Virus record (IMG/VR): IMGVR_UViG_3300037067_022550
Length of the DNA: 64,000 nucleotides
Source: a virus
Strand: one strand, 5' to 3'
Shown: positions 9,043 through 19,326 of the stretch, piece after piece
How positions within the stretch are numbered: position 1 is the first letter of the stretch
How the letters are laid out: the number at the start of each line of letters is the position of its first letter
Position numbers and translations under genes: made by a program
The notes under the pieces: generated by a model
What the model was told of the DNA's origin: nothing
The model's input: the letters and a program-made list of their open reading frames with translations, nothing else
The model's database searches: none

Positions 9043-9645
9043 TTACTTTACTCCCAACCATTTTTTTGCGGCAGAATAAGCACCTTGTTCCGTATTCCAT
9101 TTTTCTATGTCGTTAATCTTAATTGGTGTTCCATTAATAGTAATATAAAAATGTTTACCTCCTGGCCACCTTTCAACTTTAATCTCATCAAAACTGAATT
9201 GCGGGAACCTATCATTGTTCATGGATTCTAATTCTTCAAAGGTAGAACACCAGGTCATAAAACCACCGTTTATATTAACCAAAATCCTTCCATGTTCATT
9301 TAAATATTTAAGTTTACTTTGACTTACCATCCCTAATTTTTCAATAAAATAGTTTATCGGACTAAATTTCTGACCTTCAGGAAAAGACAAAACACATGCA
9401 TATAAAAATGGATATAATTTATTCCATGGGCTACAATGCTTATTTTCATTTTGTTTTATATTTAAAGAAAATATTTCTTTTACAATATTTGCATAATCTT
9501 TTGATTGTAAAAAATCATTTATGCAATTTGCATTTCTGCTACATTGCATTTCTTCAATTTCCATAAAATCTTCAATAGATCTTATGTCAGCCATCCAAGG
9601 ATATTCAATACCCGTCCTTTTGTCATGTATGCGTATGTATCTCAT
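9043..9645 (-). CDS. hypothetical protein
   Basis: 200-aa ORF. Confidence 0.5.
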   Translation of the reverse strand: MRYIRIHDKRTGIEYPWMADIRSIEDFMEIEEMQCSRNANCINDFLQSKDYANIVKEIFSLNIKQNENKHCSPWNKLYPFLYACVLSFPEGQKFSPINYFIEKLGMVSQSKLKYLNEHGRILVNINGGFMTWCSTFEELESMNNDRFPQFSFDEIKVERWPGGKHFYITINGTPIKINDIEKWNTEQGAYSAAKKWLGVK

Positions 9646-9653
9646 TCTATTCC

Positions 9654-9887
9654 TTATTTATCAAAACATTTTTTAAACTTCGGTTGAGAAAGATATTTTT
9701 CTTCATACCGAAGTTGACGTAGTATCTGAATATAAGAAGCATTTGAACCCAGAACTATACCCTCAAGATTTCGAGCATAAGAACGATCATTTGGATAAAG
9801 AATATTAGCTCTCTTAATAGCATCTTTAACTTCTGTAATACATTTCTCCATCTCCTCACAAACTGTTGTTATAGCAAGCTTTTTCAT
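9654..9887 (-). CDS. hypothetical protein
   Basis: 77-aa ORF. Confidence 0.45.
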   Translation of the reverse strand: MKKLAITTVCEEMEKCITEVKDAIKRANILYPNDRSYARNLEGIVLGSNASYIQILRQLRYEEKYLSQPKFKKCFDK

Positions 9888-9890
9888 GAT

Positions 9891-10382
9891 TTACCCCATA
9901 AAAGATTCAATCCTACTACTTCTTTGTTCCTTTACAAAATATAAAGCCCATTTTTTGAAGTCAGGATCTTTTAATTCTTCAGCCACACCATTAATAACCA
10001 ACCAGAGTAAATCATCACTAACAAACTGAAGAGCCAAATGCTTTAATATCAATTGGACTTCTTTGCTATAAGTTTTTATTTTTACATAATTATCAGGAGG
10101 AGGAATGTTTTTTCTGTCAGTATTCAAACCACAGCAACATCCTTCACCTATATATAAATCTGCTTTATATTTAGCACCAAGTTCTCCAGCAATCTGGCAA
10201 ACCTTACACCAATACCTATTTTTGCCTTCATCCCAAACCAATGCAGGACAAACATCCGCTTTGCCATAAATTTTTACTGATAATAGACACTGAGCTTTTT
10301 TACAGCAAAATCCGCAACCGACGCAAGGTTTGGGAGCAACATCTGAATTTATTACGCTTTTCATAAAACCAATGTAACACAT
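9891..10382 (-). CDS. cysteine-rich hypothetical protein (possible metal/Fe-S binding)
   Basis: CVGCGFCC...C...CPAL...C..C...GCCCG cysteine clusters. Confidence 0.5.
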   Translation of the reverse strand: MCYIGFMKSVINSDVAPKPCVGCGFCCKKAQCLLSVKIYGKADVCPALVWDEGKNRYWCKVCQIAGELGAKYKADLYIGEGCCCGLNTDRKNIPPPDNYVKIKTYSKEVQLILKHLALQFVSDDLLWLVINGVAEELKDPDFKKWALYFVKEQRSSRIESFMG

Positions 10383-10394
10383 ATAAATTAAATG

Positions 10395-10649
10395 TCAAGT
10401 AGTAAATTTCTCAATAAAAACAGGAGATCCTTCTCCTCTCCAAGATCCAATTTGGTTGTAATCCCAAAATTCTTCTGCTTCATCTCTGCTCATATCTTTC
10501 ATTAATATATCTATAACCTTTTCTCTATCATAGGCTACTACAGGATTACTTCCATATCTATAACACATACCAATAATTGCATCATCAAAACCATCCATTA
10601 ATAATGCTTCATCATTGTATTCTGCCACTGCTTTTTTAAAGTTCTTCAT
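10395..10649 (-). CDS. hypothetical protein
   Basis: 84-aa ORF. Confidence 0.45.
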   Translation of the reverse strand: MKNFKKAVAEYNDEALLMDGFDDAIIGMCYRYGSNPVVAYDREKVIDILMKDMSRDEAEEFWDYNQIGSWRGEGSPVFIEKFTT

Positions 10650-11071
10650 AAAATGCCTTTGTGCCTCTGATTCATACCTTCCCTATTCCCCTTGTTATCT
10701 TCTTCTTCATCAATTTCATCAACATAATCAGAAACATCTGCAGCCCTATCAGTCTTTTCAATTACATTTTTATTGGCAACATTATCTATTCTAGTACAAA
10801 ACTTTAACTGATGAAACTTTAAAGGATTCTTTATTTTGCCAATTTTAATAATTGCCTGATATTGTGGATTCCTTGGATGAATTTCTTCCACTAGACCAAA
10901 CTTGCCCATTAAATGACTTTTAGGATCTATAACTTGTACCATGTCACCTATATATATTAAAAGCTTCCTATGTTCTTTTAAAGGTTCACTGGTTCCTTCA
11001 ACAGGAGTGTAATTTATAGGACGACGTTCTATTTTTATAGGAGGACGAGACACATCTCTTGAATCATTCAT
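10646..11071 (-). CDS. hypothetical protein
   Basis: 141-aa ORF, overlapping stop/start. Confidence 0.5.
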   Translation of the reverse strand: MNDSRDVSRPPIKIERRPINYTPVEGTSEPLKEHRKLLIYIGDMVQVIDPKSHLMGKFGLVEEIHPRNPQYQAIIKIGKIKNPLKFHQLKFCTRIDNVANKNVIEKTDRAADVSDYVDEIDEEEDNKGNREGMNQRHKGIL

Positions 11072-11158
11072 AAGTTAATTTCCTTGTTGTTTAATAAATA
11101 ATTTTTAAATACCCAATAATAACTATAATATACAATAACAATTTTAAATAAACCTTTT

Positions 11159-12037
11159 ATGGATAAAATATATTACATACCCACTAATAAAAATATACTG
11201 AGCCTAACTTTTGATGATGGACCAAATAATCCAACAACATCTATTATATTAGATATTTTGAAGTTTTATAATATCAAAGCAACTTTTTTTGTCTTAATGG
11301 AAAATGTCATCAAAAATCCCGAAATATTAAAAAGAGTTATTAATGAAAAACACACAGTTGGATTACATGGCTACGGTCATAAATCATTTAGTAAACACCC
11401 TAAACTTACAATTTATCGTCATATTAAAAAAAGCATAGATATGTTAAAAGAATCTTTTGATGTAAACGTAGAATATTTTAGACCCCCTTATGGAACTCTT
11501 ACTAAAGATACAGAAACTGTAATTAAAGAATTTAATTTAATCCCAGTAGGATGGTCTGTTTTTGAAAAAGATTACCAATCAGGAAGAGTAGAGAAAAGAT
11601 CAGATAGTATCATGAGAAAGTGTTCCCCAGGTCAAATAATAGTTATGCATGATGGCTATAGACAACTTAAACATCAAGGAACTACTATAGAAAATCTAAA
11701 ACAAATTCTGCCCAAATTAATAAACCAAGGTTATTCCTTTGTTTCTATCCCAGAATTAGTTTCTTCCAAATTAACCCAACAATATAAACCTTTTAATAAT
11801 ATACCTTTGATAGGAAATAGAATCGTTAATTTTATAAACCAAAATATTTTATTCTTATATTGGGAAATAAATTTTATTACCAATGAATCATATTTTGAAA
11901 TAAAAATAAACAATAACATCTCTAAAATAAAATACCCTAACCCGAATGCAATGGAAGAATGGCCCCAGAAAATAATTGTTCCAGAATATAATAGTGAAAT
12001 ATTTATTAAAAATAATGGAATATTTTTAAAAATATAA
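11159..12037 (+). CDS. polysaccharide deacetylase (NodB homology domain)
   Basis: LTFDDGPN...ATFFV...HTVGLHGYGH motifs of carbohydrate esterase family 4. Confidence 0.8.
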   Translation: MDKIYYIPTNKNILSLTFDDGPNNPTTSIILDILKFYNIKATFFVLMENVIKNPEILKRVINEKHTVGLHGYGHKSFSKHPKLTIYRHIKKSIDMLKESFDVNVEYFRPPYGTLTKDTETVIKEFNLIPVGWSVFEKDYQSGRVEKRSDSIMRKCSPGQIIVMHDGYRQLKHQGTTIENLKQILPKLINQGYSFVSIPELVSSKLTQQYKPFNNIPLIGNRIVNFINQNILFLYWEINFITNESYFEIKINNNISKIKYPNPNAMEEWPQKIIVPEYNSEIFIKNNGIFLKI

Positions 12038-12095
12038 TTTTATGTTGTATAATGTAATCATCATTCAGTGTATGGAAATATAAAGGAGAAATAAT

Positions 12096-12548
12096 ATGGA
12101 AAATACTACAAACACAATTGCTCAAGAACAAACAACAGTAAATGCAGGAACTCCTTCTCTAGAAATTCTTACAACTGGGACAATAGAAACAATAGACCCT
12201 GCAGTTAAACCTGGTGTAGAAACATCTGAATTCTGGGTTACTTTAATTTCAGCAATAGTTCCTAATCTTGTAACAATATTAGCAATATTTAAAATTGTCC
12301 CTAATGAAGTAGCATCTACATTAAGCTCAGCAGCAGTTGCTCTTATAGGTGGTATTATAACTTTGTTTGTTACATTGAAATATATCAAATCAAGAACTGA
12401 AGTAAAAACAAAAGCCTTGGAAATTGAAGACTTAACTAAAGCTAGAAATATGAGTCAAAAAAATATTGATAGACAGTTTATGTTTAATCTTTTTGAAAAA
12501 GGGATGGTTAAAGAAGAACAGATTAAAAAAGAATTTAAACTAGAATAA
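12096..12548 (+). CDS. membrane protein (two hydrophobic segments; holin-like possibility)
   Basis: GGAG RBS. Hydrophobic stretches FWVTLISAIVPNLVTILAIF and AAVALIGGIITLFVTL. Confidence 0.55.
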   Translation: MENTTNTIAQEQTTVNAGTPSLEILTTGTIETIDPAVKPGVETSEFWVTLISAIVPNLVTILAIFKIVPNEVASTLSSAAVALIGGIITLFVTLKYIKSRTEVKTKALEIEDLTKARNMSQKNIDRQFMFNLFEKGMVKEEQIKKEFKLE

Positions 12549-12554
12549 TTCTTT

Positions 12555-12755
12555 TTATTGTTTTTCCCAAGCTTCTTGATCAACATATTCATCACATTGA
12601 TTGCATCTAAAAGATAATAAAATATCTCCACTAAAACATTCTATTTTTGTATCTGAAGATTCAATGTCTATTTCAATATTTTGATCACATACTGGACATA
12701 TTGCAAATATCTTGTTTATTATCATAACGATATTTTCTTCGCTATGATAATTCAT
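12555..12755 (-). CDS. zinc-ribbon protein
   Basis: CPVCDQ ... CNQCDE. Confidence 0.45.
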   Translation of the reverse strand: MNYHSEENIVMIINKIFAICPVCDQNIEIDIESSDTKIECFSGDILLSFRCNQCDEYVDQEAWEKQ

Positions 12756-12763
12756 TCCTGCAA

Positions 12764-13039
12764 CTAAATTAAATTATTTTGCATTAACCTAATAGTTGCA
12801 CCTATATACTCTAACCTGGAGTCTTTCAGAGATTCCCAATCTTCAGTAGACTTGTGTTCCTTCATCTCTTGTATAGCTTCATTCCTTTTAAGATAATCTT
12901 CTGCACTGGGATAATAACGAAATATCTTAGTCCAAATCTTTTCCTCATCAATAGATTCTCTCCCCAATCTTTGAGCCACTTCTGATATTGATGCTGACTT
13001 TTTAATAGCCCAAAATAATGCTTTCTTGTTAATTTTCAT
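12764..13039 (-). CDS. hypothetical protein
   Basis: 91-aa ORF. Confidence 0.45.
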   Translation of the reverse strand: MKINKKALFWAIKKSASISEVAQRLGRESIDEEKIWTKIFRYYPSAEDYLKRNEAIQEMKEHKSTEDWESLKDSRLEYIGATIRLMQNNLI

Positions 13040-13277
13040 ATTTATTTGGTGTGCTCCTATTTTTTTCTATTTCAAATAGTAATTGATCTATTTCCCTTGT
13101 ATCTACAGGAGTTTCCCCAAGACACATCTCCTCTGCTGGAATATTACTAAAATCATAATTCAGTGTGCCTTTGTTAATTGGGTTAATATTACTGTCTCCT
13201 TCTGAAATAGGATTATTTTTACCAAATAAGTTCTTTGGTTTAGGTTGCTCCCAATCACTAGGAAATATGCTAAACAT
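13029..13277 (-). CDS. hypothetical protein
   Basis: 82-aa ORF. Confidence 0.4.
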   Translation of the reverse strand: MFSIFPSDWEQPKPKNLFGKNNPISEGDSNINPINKGTLNYDFSNIPAEEMCLGETPVDTREIDQLLFEIEKNRSTPNKYEN

Positions 13278-13349
13278 AATTAATCCCCCTTAAACATGCA
13301 ATTCAGTGTCAGTAATATATCACACATAAATGAAATGTCAAGAATATTG

Positions 13350-14543
13350 TTAACCATCATCCAGAGCCCTGTCCACCCTTCCATGTATATCACACTCAAT
13401 TTTATAACATTCAGGTAAAACATTTCCATCAGGACGAACCCTTTTATGAATGTTTTCCCAGAGTTTGTCATATTGCTTCTTAAATAAATTAATTAACAAA
13501 GACATGTTTTCTTTATGATTTTTTTGGCACTCAATAGCAAATTCCTTAATTCCTATCCCCCCAGTATAATCATTGGAACAATTGTTTAATATTTGCTCAT
13601 GTTCTATTTCAACCTGATCATATAAGATGTTATGCATACGGTTTATTACCCCACTCATCTTATCTGTAAATTTCCTGAACTCCTCCGGAACTTGTTGCAA
13701 ATACATTGGTGGTATCTTTTTATCTTTAATGTCCCAAGCTTCCCAAAATGCCAAAGGAGTTAAATTAGAAATTATCTTGTGTATACGAAGATATTCATCT
13801 CCCTTGACCTTTACCTTTAAACCAGTAGCAGGAAAAGTAACAACAAATCCCTCCTTTTGAAAAGGTAATGTCTTGCAGTAAACAGACAACTCATCCAAAG
13901 ATTGAAAAGAATTAGATGCCGCACATTGTACACCCAATTCTTTTGAACATTTATTTAAACCATCCGGACCAAGCTCGCTTCCATCTTTATTGTTAATTAC
14001 CCCAGTTAAAACTAACTCTTTCATCTCCCCATAATCAACTACTATTTTGTTTTCAGGATAAATAATCTCAAATAAATAAGTTAAATTGTTGTCTATTTTA
14101 AGATCATTATTTTGTCCTTTAATGCGTTCTTGTATCCAATCAGTAGCCCAAAGAGCTTGTTCAGATGTAAAAGATCCCTTAGTAGATATACGATATTTAC
14201 CACCATACTTAAATAAAATTCCCATAGAACCATCTAATTTATCTAATACATAAAATAAATTATCATTCAGTGTGGAAATAATATTGGTATATCCAGGTAA
14301 AGAATATAAGTCAATCAACTCATTTAAATTGAAAAACTTCTTCCAAGGACGAGCCACTAGTTCACCAGTAACTTTATTAAAAATAATACCGCGGGCATTC
14401 AGTGTAACATTATCCCAAGCTCTATCATATACACATTCTTGCTTATAATGAAATAATACAAGATCATTCCATTCCACAGCCTTAACATATCTATGAGAAT
14501 AAAATTCAGATATGAAAGGAAGATTGGAAAAATTTTGGTTCAT
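13350..14543 (-). CDS. rnlA: RNA ligase 1 (T4 RnlA-like)
   Basis: RGIIFNKV...KFFNLNE, motif I DKLDGSMG, STKGSFTSEQALWA and EGFVV match T4 Rnl1 blocks (RGIMF..KFFNLNE, KEDGSL, KSKGSIKSEQALMA) recalled from memory. Confidence 0.8.
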   Translation of the reverse strand: MNQNFSNLPFISEFYSHRYVKAVEWNDLVLFHYKQECVYDRAWDNVTLNARGIIFNKVTGELVARPWKKFFNLNELIDLYSLPGYTNIISTLNDNLFYVLDKLDGSMGILFKYGGKYRISTKGSFTSEQALWATDWIQERIKGQNNDLKIDNNLTYLFEIIYPENKIVVDYGEMKELVLTGVINNKDGSELGPDGLNKCSKELGVQCAASNSFQSLDELSVYCKTLPFQKEGFVVTFPATGLKVKVKGDEYLRIHKIISNLTPLAFWEAWDIKDKKIPPMYLQQVPEEFRKFTDKMSGVINRMHNILYDQVEIEHEQILNNCSNDYTGGIGIKEFAIECQKNHKENMSLLINLFKKQYDKLWENIHKRVRPDGNVLPECYKIECDIHGRVDRALDDG

Positions 14544-14623
14544 TCAGTGCTTTCAAATATAAATTAATATATTTAAAATAATTAATTTTTATAATCATGC
14601 CAATTCAGTGAAGCATTATTAAT

Positions 14624-14785
14624 CTATCTGCTTTCATCTTGACTACATTCATAACATATATCTAAATTAGGTGGACATCCTTCCCCACAACAATCACATT
14701 TATTCCCAAAACCAGAGCATTCGCTACATTTACCATCACCAGTGATTAGACCATCTCCAGTTCCATGACAAGCTTCACATTTCAT
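14624..14785 (-). CDS. small (53 aa) DnaJ-type CxxCxGxG zinc-finger protein
   Basis: Manual translation MKCEACHGTGDGLITGDGKCSECSGFGNKCDCCGEGCPPNLDICYECSQDESR. Below the track length cutoff. Confidence 0.4.
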   Translation of the reverse strand: MKCEACHGTGDGLITGDGKCSECSGFGNKCDCCGEGCPPNLDICYECSQDESR

Positions 14786-14801
14786 AGATTATTTCCTTTT
14801 A

Positions 14802-15125
14802 TTATCCTACACCATTCTTGGATTGTTCTGCAATAAGTTGAGCTTCCCTTTCCTTCTCAGCCTTTTGACTATTCTTTATCCTTCTCTTTTCGGCCTTCTT
14901 CCCCTTGCGTGCCAATACTCTCTCATTCTTTGTCTTTAAAAGTTCCTCTTGCTGTTCTAAATGCTTCTTCATCCTAAGAGGCTTTTCTTCATCCTTATAC
15001 TTTTGTAAAGCTTCTTTATAAGCCCTAAAAGCTTCTGCCTTTATTCCTCTTGATTTTGGATTCCTTAAAGGATTACCAATAATAGCTGCTGCATATGCCT
15101 TGCCAAACGATGTCCCCTTACTCAT
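14802..15125 (-). CDS. basic lysine-rich protein (possible nucleic-acid binding)
   Basis: K/R/E-rich 107 aa. Confidence 0.5.
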   Translation of the reverse strand: MSKGTSFGKAYAAAIIGNPLRNPKSRGIKAEAFRAYKEALQKYKDEEKPLRMKKHLEQQEELLKTKNERVLARKGKKAEKRRIKNSQKAEKEREAQLIAEQSKNGVG

Positions 15126-15346
15126 TTCTCTTCTCCTTTATTTTCTTTTTTTGTATTTTCCCCTAACTTTAAACACATAAGATATACTTCTTTAGGACAT
15201 TCAACAAGTAGTTCGCTTAATCTATTGGCCTTCCATTTTAGCCCCCTACCATCTATCCCAAATACACTTCTCATTTCTTTTTCTAATTTATCTAAATTCA
15301 TGATTTTGAACCTTATAAAACTTTTAAAAATACAATAGGTTGACAA
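15122..15346 (-). CDS. hypothetical protein
   Basis: 74-aa ORF with overlapping stop/start. Confidence 0.45.
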   Translation of the reverse strand: MSTYCIFKSFIRFKIMNLDKLEKEMRSVFGIDGRGLKWKANRLSELLVECPKEVYLMCLKLGENTKKENKGEEK

Positions 15347-15396
15347 AATAAACTAATAATAGGGCAACATTAAGGTGCTCTAGAAAGGAGCAATTT

Positions 15397-15468
15397 ATGT
15401 CAATAGATCAATTTATATTAATTATAATGTTTATTTTAATTATAATATGTATTATAGTAGCATTATAA
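15397..15468 (+). CDS. 23-aa hydrophobic micropeptide (MSIDQFILIIMFILIIICIIVAL)
   Basis: Perfect AAAGGAG RBS 8 nt upstream of ATG, in an intergenic gap. Confidence 0.25.
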   Translation: MSIDQFILIIMFILIIICIIVAL

Positions 15469-15483
15469 TATAAAAAACGGAAA

Positions 15484-15521
15484 CAAAAGAGTTAAAATAG
15501 TATTATACATTAACTCTTTTG
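15484..15521 (-). terminator. hairpin (12-bp perfect stem CAAAAGAGTTAA/TTAACTCTTTTG, 14-nt loop) followed on the minus strand by a T6 run
   Basis: Seen directly. Overlaps the stop codon of 15503-16042. Confidence 0.4.
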
Positions 15522-16042
15522 TTCTCCCAACTACAAACATTCTTTTCTTTTACATACCTGGTAACTCTTTGCTTTACTATGCCCATCCTCTTGCGATGCT
15601 GAGTTACAGTAGCTTTATTAGGAACCCCAAGCATAAAAGCTACTTCCTTGTCAGTCTTTGTCCAATCAGCCTTGCCCCATTCATATTTACCACCTTTCCT
15701 GCCATCAATAAATATATAAGGTTTTTTATATTGATCAAGAATATTCCTAATATAAACCTTGGAACATCCCATTTTAACAGCAATTTCATCAAGATCCATA
15801 CTCTCAGTATTTAATTCCAATATTTTACTTAAAGTCAAGAAATTTCTTTTATGAAAATAAGGACTAGGATCTTTACCCAATTCCTTCCTCTTTTGATTAA
15901 CTCTTTGTTTGCTACATCCTAATTTCTTGGCAATAACTATATCCTGATCTAACCAATTAACTTCTTCCCAATTATGTCTTGCTTTCATAGTCTTTTCTCC
16001 TTTTTTTTGAAAGAAGAATAACATAAAAAAAATAAATGTCAA
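15503..16042 (-). CDS. putative DNA-binding protein (two HTH-like repeats)
   Basis: Repeated ...GCSKQRVNQ... / ...GCSKVYIRN... helix-turn-helix-like segments. Likely true start at internal Met (MKARHNW). Confidence 0.5.
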   Translation of the reverse strand: MTFIFFMLFFFQKKGEKTMKARHNWEEVNWLDQDIVIAKKLGCSKQRVNQKRKELGKDPSPYFHKRNFLTLSKILELNTESMDLDEIAVKMGCSKVYIRNILDQYKKPYIFIDGRKGGKYEWGKADWTKTDKEVAFMLGVPNKATVTQHRKRMGIVKQRVTRYVKEKNVCSWENKRVNV

Positions 16043-16050
16043 TAATAATA

Positions 16051-17553
16051 TTATCTATAAAATATAAAACGATATGTCAATGAATTAGTAGCATCCATAT
16101 AAAAAACTTCACGAGAAAGAGTAATACCATCTGTATCCCAACTCTTTAGACTCATAGCCACCTCACCTGCAGATTCTCCTGTCATAAATTGCCAATTGTT
16201 TGTGCTCCAGGTATTGTCCAAAATATAAATTCCATCCTTGTATGCTAGGATCTGATTTTGAGAAGTATCTGGATCAGTTGCCCCTGGCGTAAAAATACGA
16301 ACAGAATTAGGCGTAAAACCAACCCCAGTAACTACTAAATCATTAGTTTGATCAGAATCATTTGTTATAGTAATTAATTTTAAATAACTTCCTCCAAACC
16401 ACGCATTGCTATTTACAGGGTTAAACCATAAGGAGTCCCCATTTGAAACCGGATCATTCGTAATTGTATATATTTTACCACTAAAAGCAATAACCTGATT
16501 CGTAGCTCCTCCACTTCCACTTGTATTATAATCATTAACTGTTCCACCAGGATTAATTGTTAATGTACTACGGTTATACCAACCCCCATAAGTATTAAAT
16601 GTTCCATTGCTGTTTACCACTATATTCCCTCTAACTAAACCACCATAGTTGATAACTGTACCATCTATAGTAAGCGTATTGCCAGGAGCTACTACCCTTG
16701 AACCTGCCCTAAATTGAACTTCAGCATTAGTACCACAATAAATTGATGGTGTTTCAGTGGGAGATTCAAAAATTAAAGAAGGATATATACCAGCCATATA
16801 AGGTAAATTTGTATTATATGAACAAGAATAACTAGTTCCACCAGCTCCTAATGTAAACCCAATAGATACAACCCCACAATTAATAGCAGAAAAATCACCC
16901 CCAACTATAGCAGCTCTACCACTAAAATCTGCAGCAGCTACACAAGTTAAATAAATTCCAAGATAAAAATCACAATCTATAAAATAAGGTACAAAAGTCG
17001 TCATAGTAGAATTGCCTGTAATAACAACAGGTCCATAAACCATAAATCCCTTCATACTAAAAACATACAGATTGCTATTGTTGGTTGTACTTTGCAAAGC
17101 ATTGCCAGAAGGAGGATATAATAAAGATAGACCTTCTGATTTAATTGCCAAATATACAAGATTTGTATTCTCTAAAATTAAATTTTCATAATAAAACCCC
17201 CCCATAACATCAATGACATACTCTCTTTGATTTTCCCACGAATTATCACCATTTGCTATAACTTTATTAATGGCACCCATAATAGTCTTATAGGGATATG
17301 TTATAGAACCATTTTCATTATAACTATTAGTCCTATTTGAATCTACATATATTATGGTTGTAGTATTGGTTAACTCAATAGGCCAATTAGTCCTCATCTC
17401 ATTACCAATTGTAACATTCCCCCCTAAAGTAGTATTACTAGCAACAACTAAATCATTGGAAATAGTAATCTTTTCCTTCTCTACTCTTTCTGCCAATAAA
17501 TTGCTAACTAATAATAACCCAAATAATAATAAGATGTATTTAAAACTTTTCAT
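16051..17553 (-). CDS. secreted G/T/N-rich beta-helix-like protein (tail fiber/adhesin or depolymerase-like)
   Basis: Signal-peptide-like N-terminus MKSFKYILLLFGLLLVSNLLA. Repetitive GxxN/T-rich segments typical of beta-helix. Confidence 0.5.
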   Translation of the reverse strand: MKSFKYILLLFGLLLVSNLLAERVEKEKITISNDLVVASNTTLGGNVTIGNEMRTNWPIELTNTTTIIYVDSNRTNSYNENGSITYPYKTIMGAINKVIANGDNSWENQREYVIDVMGGFYYENLILENTNLVYLAIKSEGLSLLYPPSGNALQSTTNNSNLYVFSMKGFMVYGPVVITGNSTMTTFVPYFIDCDFYLGIYLTCVAAADFSGRAAIVGGDFSAINCGVVSIGFTLGAGGTSYSCSYNTNLPYMAGIYPSLIFESPTETPSIYCGTNAEVQFRAGSRVVAPGNTLTIDGTVINYGGLVRGNIVVNSNGTFNTYGGWYNRSTLTINPGGTVNDYNTSGSGGATNQVIAFSGKIYTITNDPVSNGDSLWFNPVNSNAWFGGSYLKLITITNDSDQTNDLVVTGVGFTPNSVRIFTPGATDPDTSQNQILAYKDGIYILDNTWSTNNWQFMTGESAGEVAMSLKSWDTDGITLSREVFYMDATNSLTYRFIFYR

Positions 17554-17609
17554 AATATCCCTTTCATTTTGTTTAATATATTTCTATTTTTATTGATATT
17601 TACCTTGTT

Positions 17610-18536
17610 TTAGTCTTGACGGTATTTAATCCATTCCCTCATCAAATCTCTTAATTCATTACTAATCCCAATAATCCCCATTTCTATACCAATTCTACGA
17701 ATATCTGTTTTTTTTAATAAACCCGTGTTCCAATGCGTAGCATAACTTACAGCAAATGGCAAAATTTGAGCTTTGGTTGGGGCTACAGATTCACCAATGC
17801 CCCGAAGCATGTTCCAGTAGACTAATGCTAATTTTGACCCATCACCAGCCATTTTAACATTAATTATCCTAGTAGAAGAGTGAATAGGCATATACCCAAA
17901 GAATAATGCCCCATAAAAAGGACTAATAAATATTCTATTATTTTTCACTCTATATAATATTTTATAATTATCTAATACAGTGATTATTTTCTTCAGTGTC
18001 ATTTCTTTTTTACAATAAACCATTAGCCACTGTTCTTTATTAGTATTTATTATACGACAACCAGCAAATAGTCCCCCCAAATATTCATTCCAATTATATG
18101 CCCCATTTTTGACCCCAAATTCCAAAAAAGGACACCCAGTTATATTAACAAATTGATTTCTATATATCTTTGACACCTTAATAGGAAATTTAATATTCTT
18201 AATATCTAATAAAAATTCATTGTGGGCATTTTTATTAAATTTAAAGCAGTGCATCCTAATTTCCTGAAATATACCAGAGTCCCTAATTCCACTGCAAAAA
18301 CTTGGCGTCCATATTCCCAAATCATTATTTATCGACAAATCTCCATTTATTATTTTATTATTTATTTCCTTATATATCCGCCATTCCCTTAATTGCCTAT
18401 TAGAAGGAACTATTCCCCCTTCCAAATAAGGCTTTAATAACCAACTCTTTTTATGTGCCTTTTTGTCATATAATAAATATTCCTTTGCACAACTTTCTAT
18501 TATTTTGTTTTTTATTATTTGGTCTTTTTCATTCAT
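17610..18536 (-). CDS. hypothetical protein
   Basis: 308-aa ORF. Confidence 0.5.
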   Translation of the reverse strand: MNEKDQIIKNKIIESCAKEYLLYDKKAHKKSWLLKPYLEGGIVPSNRQLREWRIYKEINNKIINGDLSINNDLGIWTPSFCSGIRDSGIFQEIRMHCFKFNKNAHNEFLLDIKNIKFPIKVSKIYRNQFVNITGCPFLEFGVKNGAYNWNEYLGGLFAGCRIINTNKEQWLMVYCKKEMTLKKIITVLDNYKILYRVKNNRIFISPFYGALFFGYMPIHSSTRIINVKMAGDGSKLALVYWNMLRGIGESVAPTKAQILPFAVSYATHWNTGLLKKTDIRRIGIEMGIIGISNELRDLMREWIKYRQD

Positions 18537-18853
18537 TATTTATATATTCCTCAATATTCAAATGTAATCCTATTTTGATTTGGTACAAAATAAAATGTCA
18601 CAAAATTATTGGGTCAAACCTTCTTGGGGCAAACTATTGTGTATAAGCTATTAGTGAATATTTATGAGTGTCTACTGGTGAATTTTGGAAATTAAAAAAT
18701 TAGTGAAAATTTGAAATTGCACATGTTCTGGCTTGACAATTTAGTATAAAAATATATTAATTCAGCCACGTATTGTCAATAATAAATTAATGGGGGCTTC
18801 TATCAATTTTCTGTTAATAGGCATGGTTCGTTCTTATTTCATAATTATACAAC

Positions 18854-19192
18854 TTATTTATTATTTTTATGTTTATTAATATGGTCTTTTTGCCAGAGAG
18901 GTTGAAGGTTTAAAAATCTGCAGCACATATATCTTTCTGATTCTTCCTGTAGGTTAAAGAATGATATTGGTATGATATGGTGAATATTCCAATTATTATT
19001 TTTATAACCGTAATTCTTCCAATTCATACCCCTTAGCCATTGTTTTTCTATGTGTAGTTTTAATTCTTTTTGGGAGCACATAAAGTATTTAATATATTGT
19101 TCTTTACATTGCCCTTTCAACATTCTGCCTACTGATTTGCTAAAAACTGTTGATAGTTTACAATTTATCATATGTTTTTTATGTTTGTCCAT
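18854..19192 (-). CDS. HNH homing endonuclease
   Basis: NWNIHHIIP...NLQPLW..N..K HNH signature. Confidence 0.7.
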   Translation of the reverse strand: MDKHKKHMINCKLSTVFSKSVGRMLKGQCKEQYIKYFMCSQKELKLHIEKQWLRGMNWKNYGYKNNNWNIHHIIPISFFNLQEESERYMCCRFLNLQPLWQKDHINKHKNNK

Positions 19193-19326
19193 TTTATTTA
19201 TATGTTTTTAAAAATTGTTTAATATTCCTATATTATAAAGTTTTCATTTTTTATTTATAATTTATTTATAATTTGTATAATCGTTTAACTAATTAGCAAG
19301 GTGATAGAAACAGACAATGGATTATA

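Noticed and set aside
15365-15396. TTGACA near 15349 as a promoter for the micropeptide ORF
   Set aside because: No acceptable -10 hexamer at 16-18 nt spacing.
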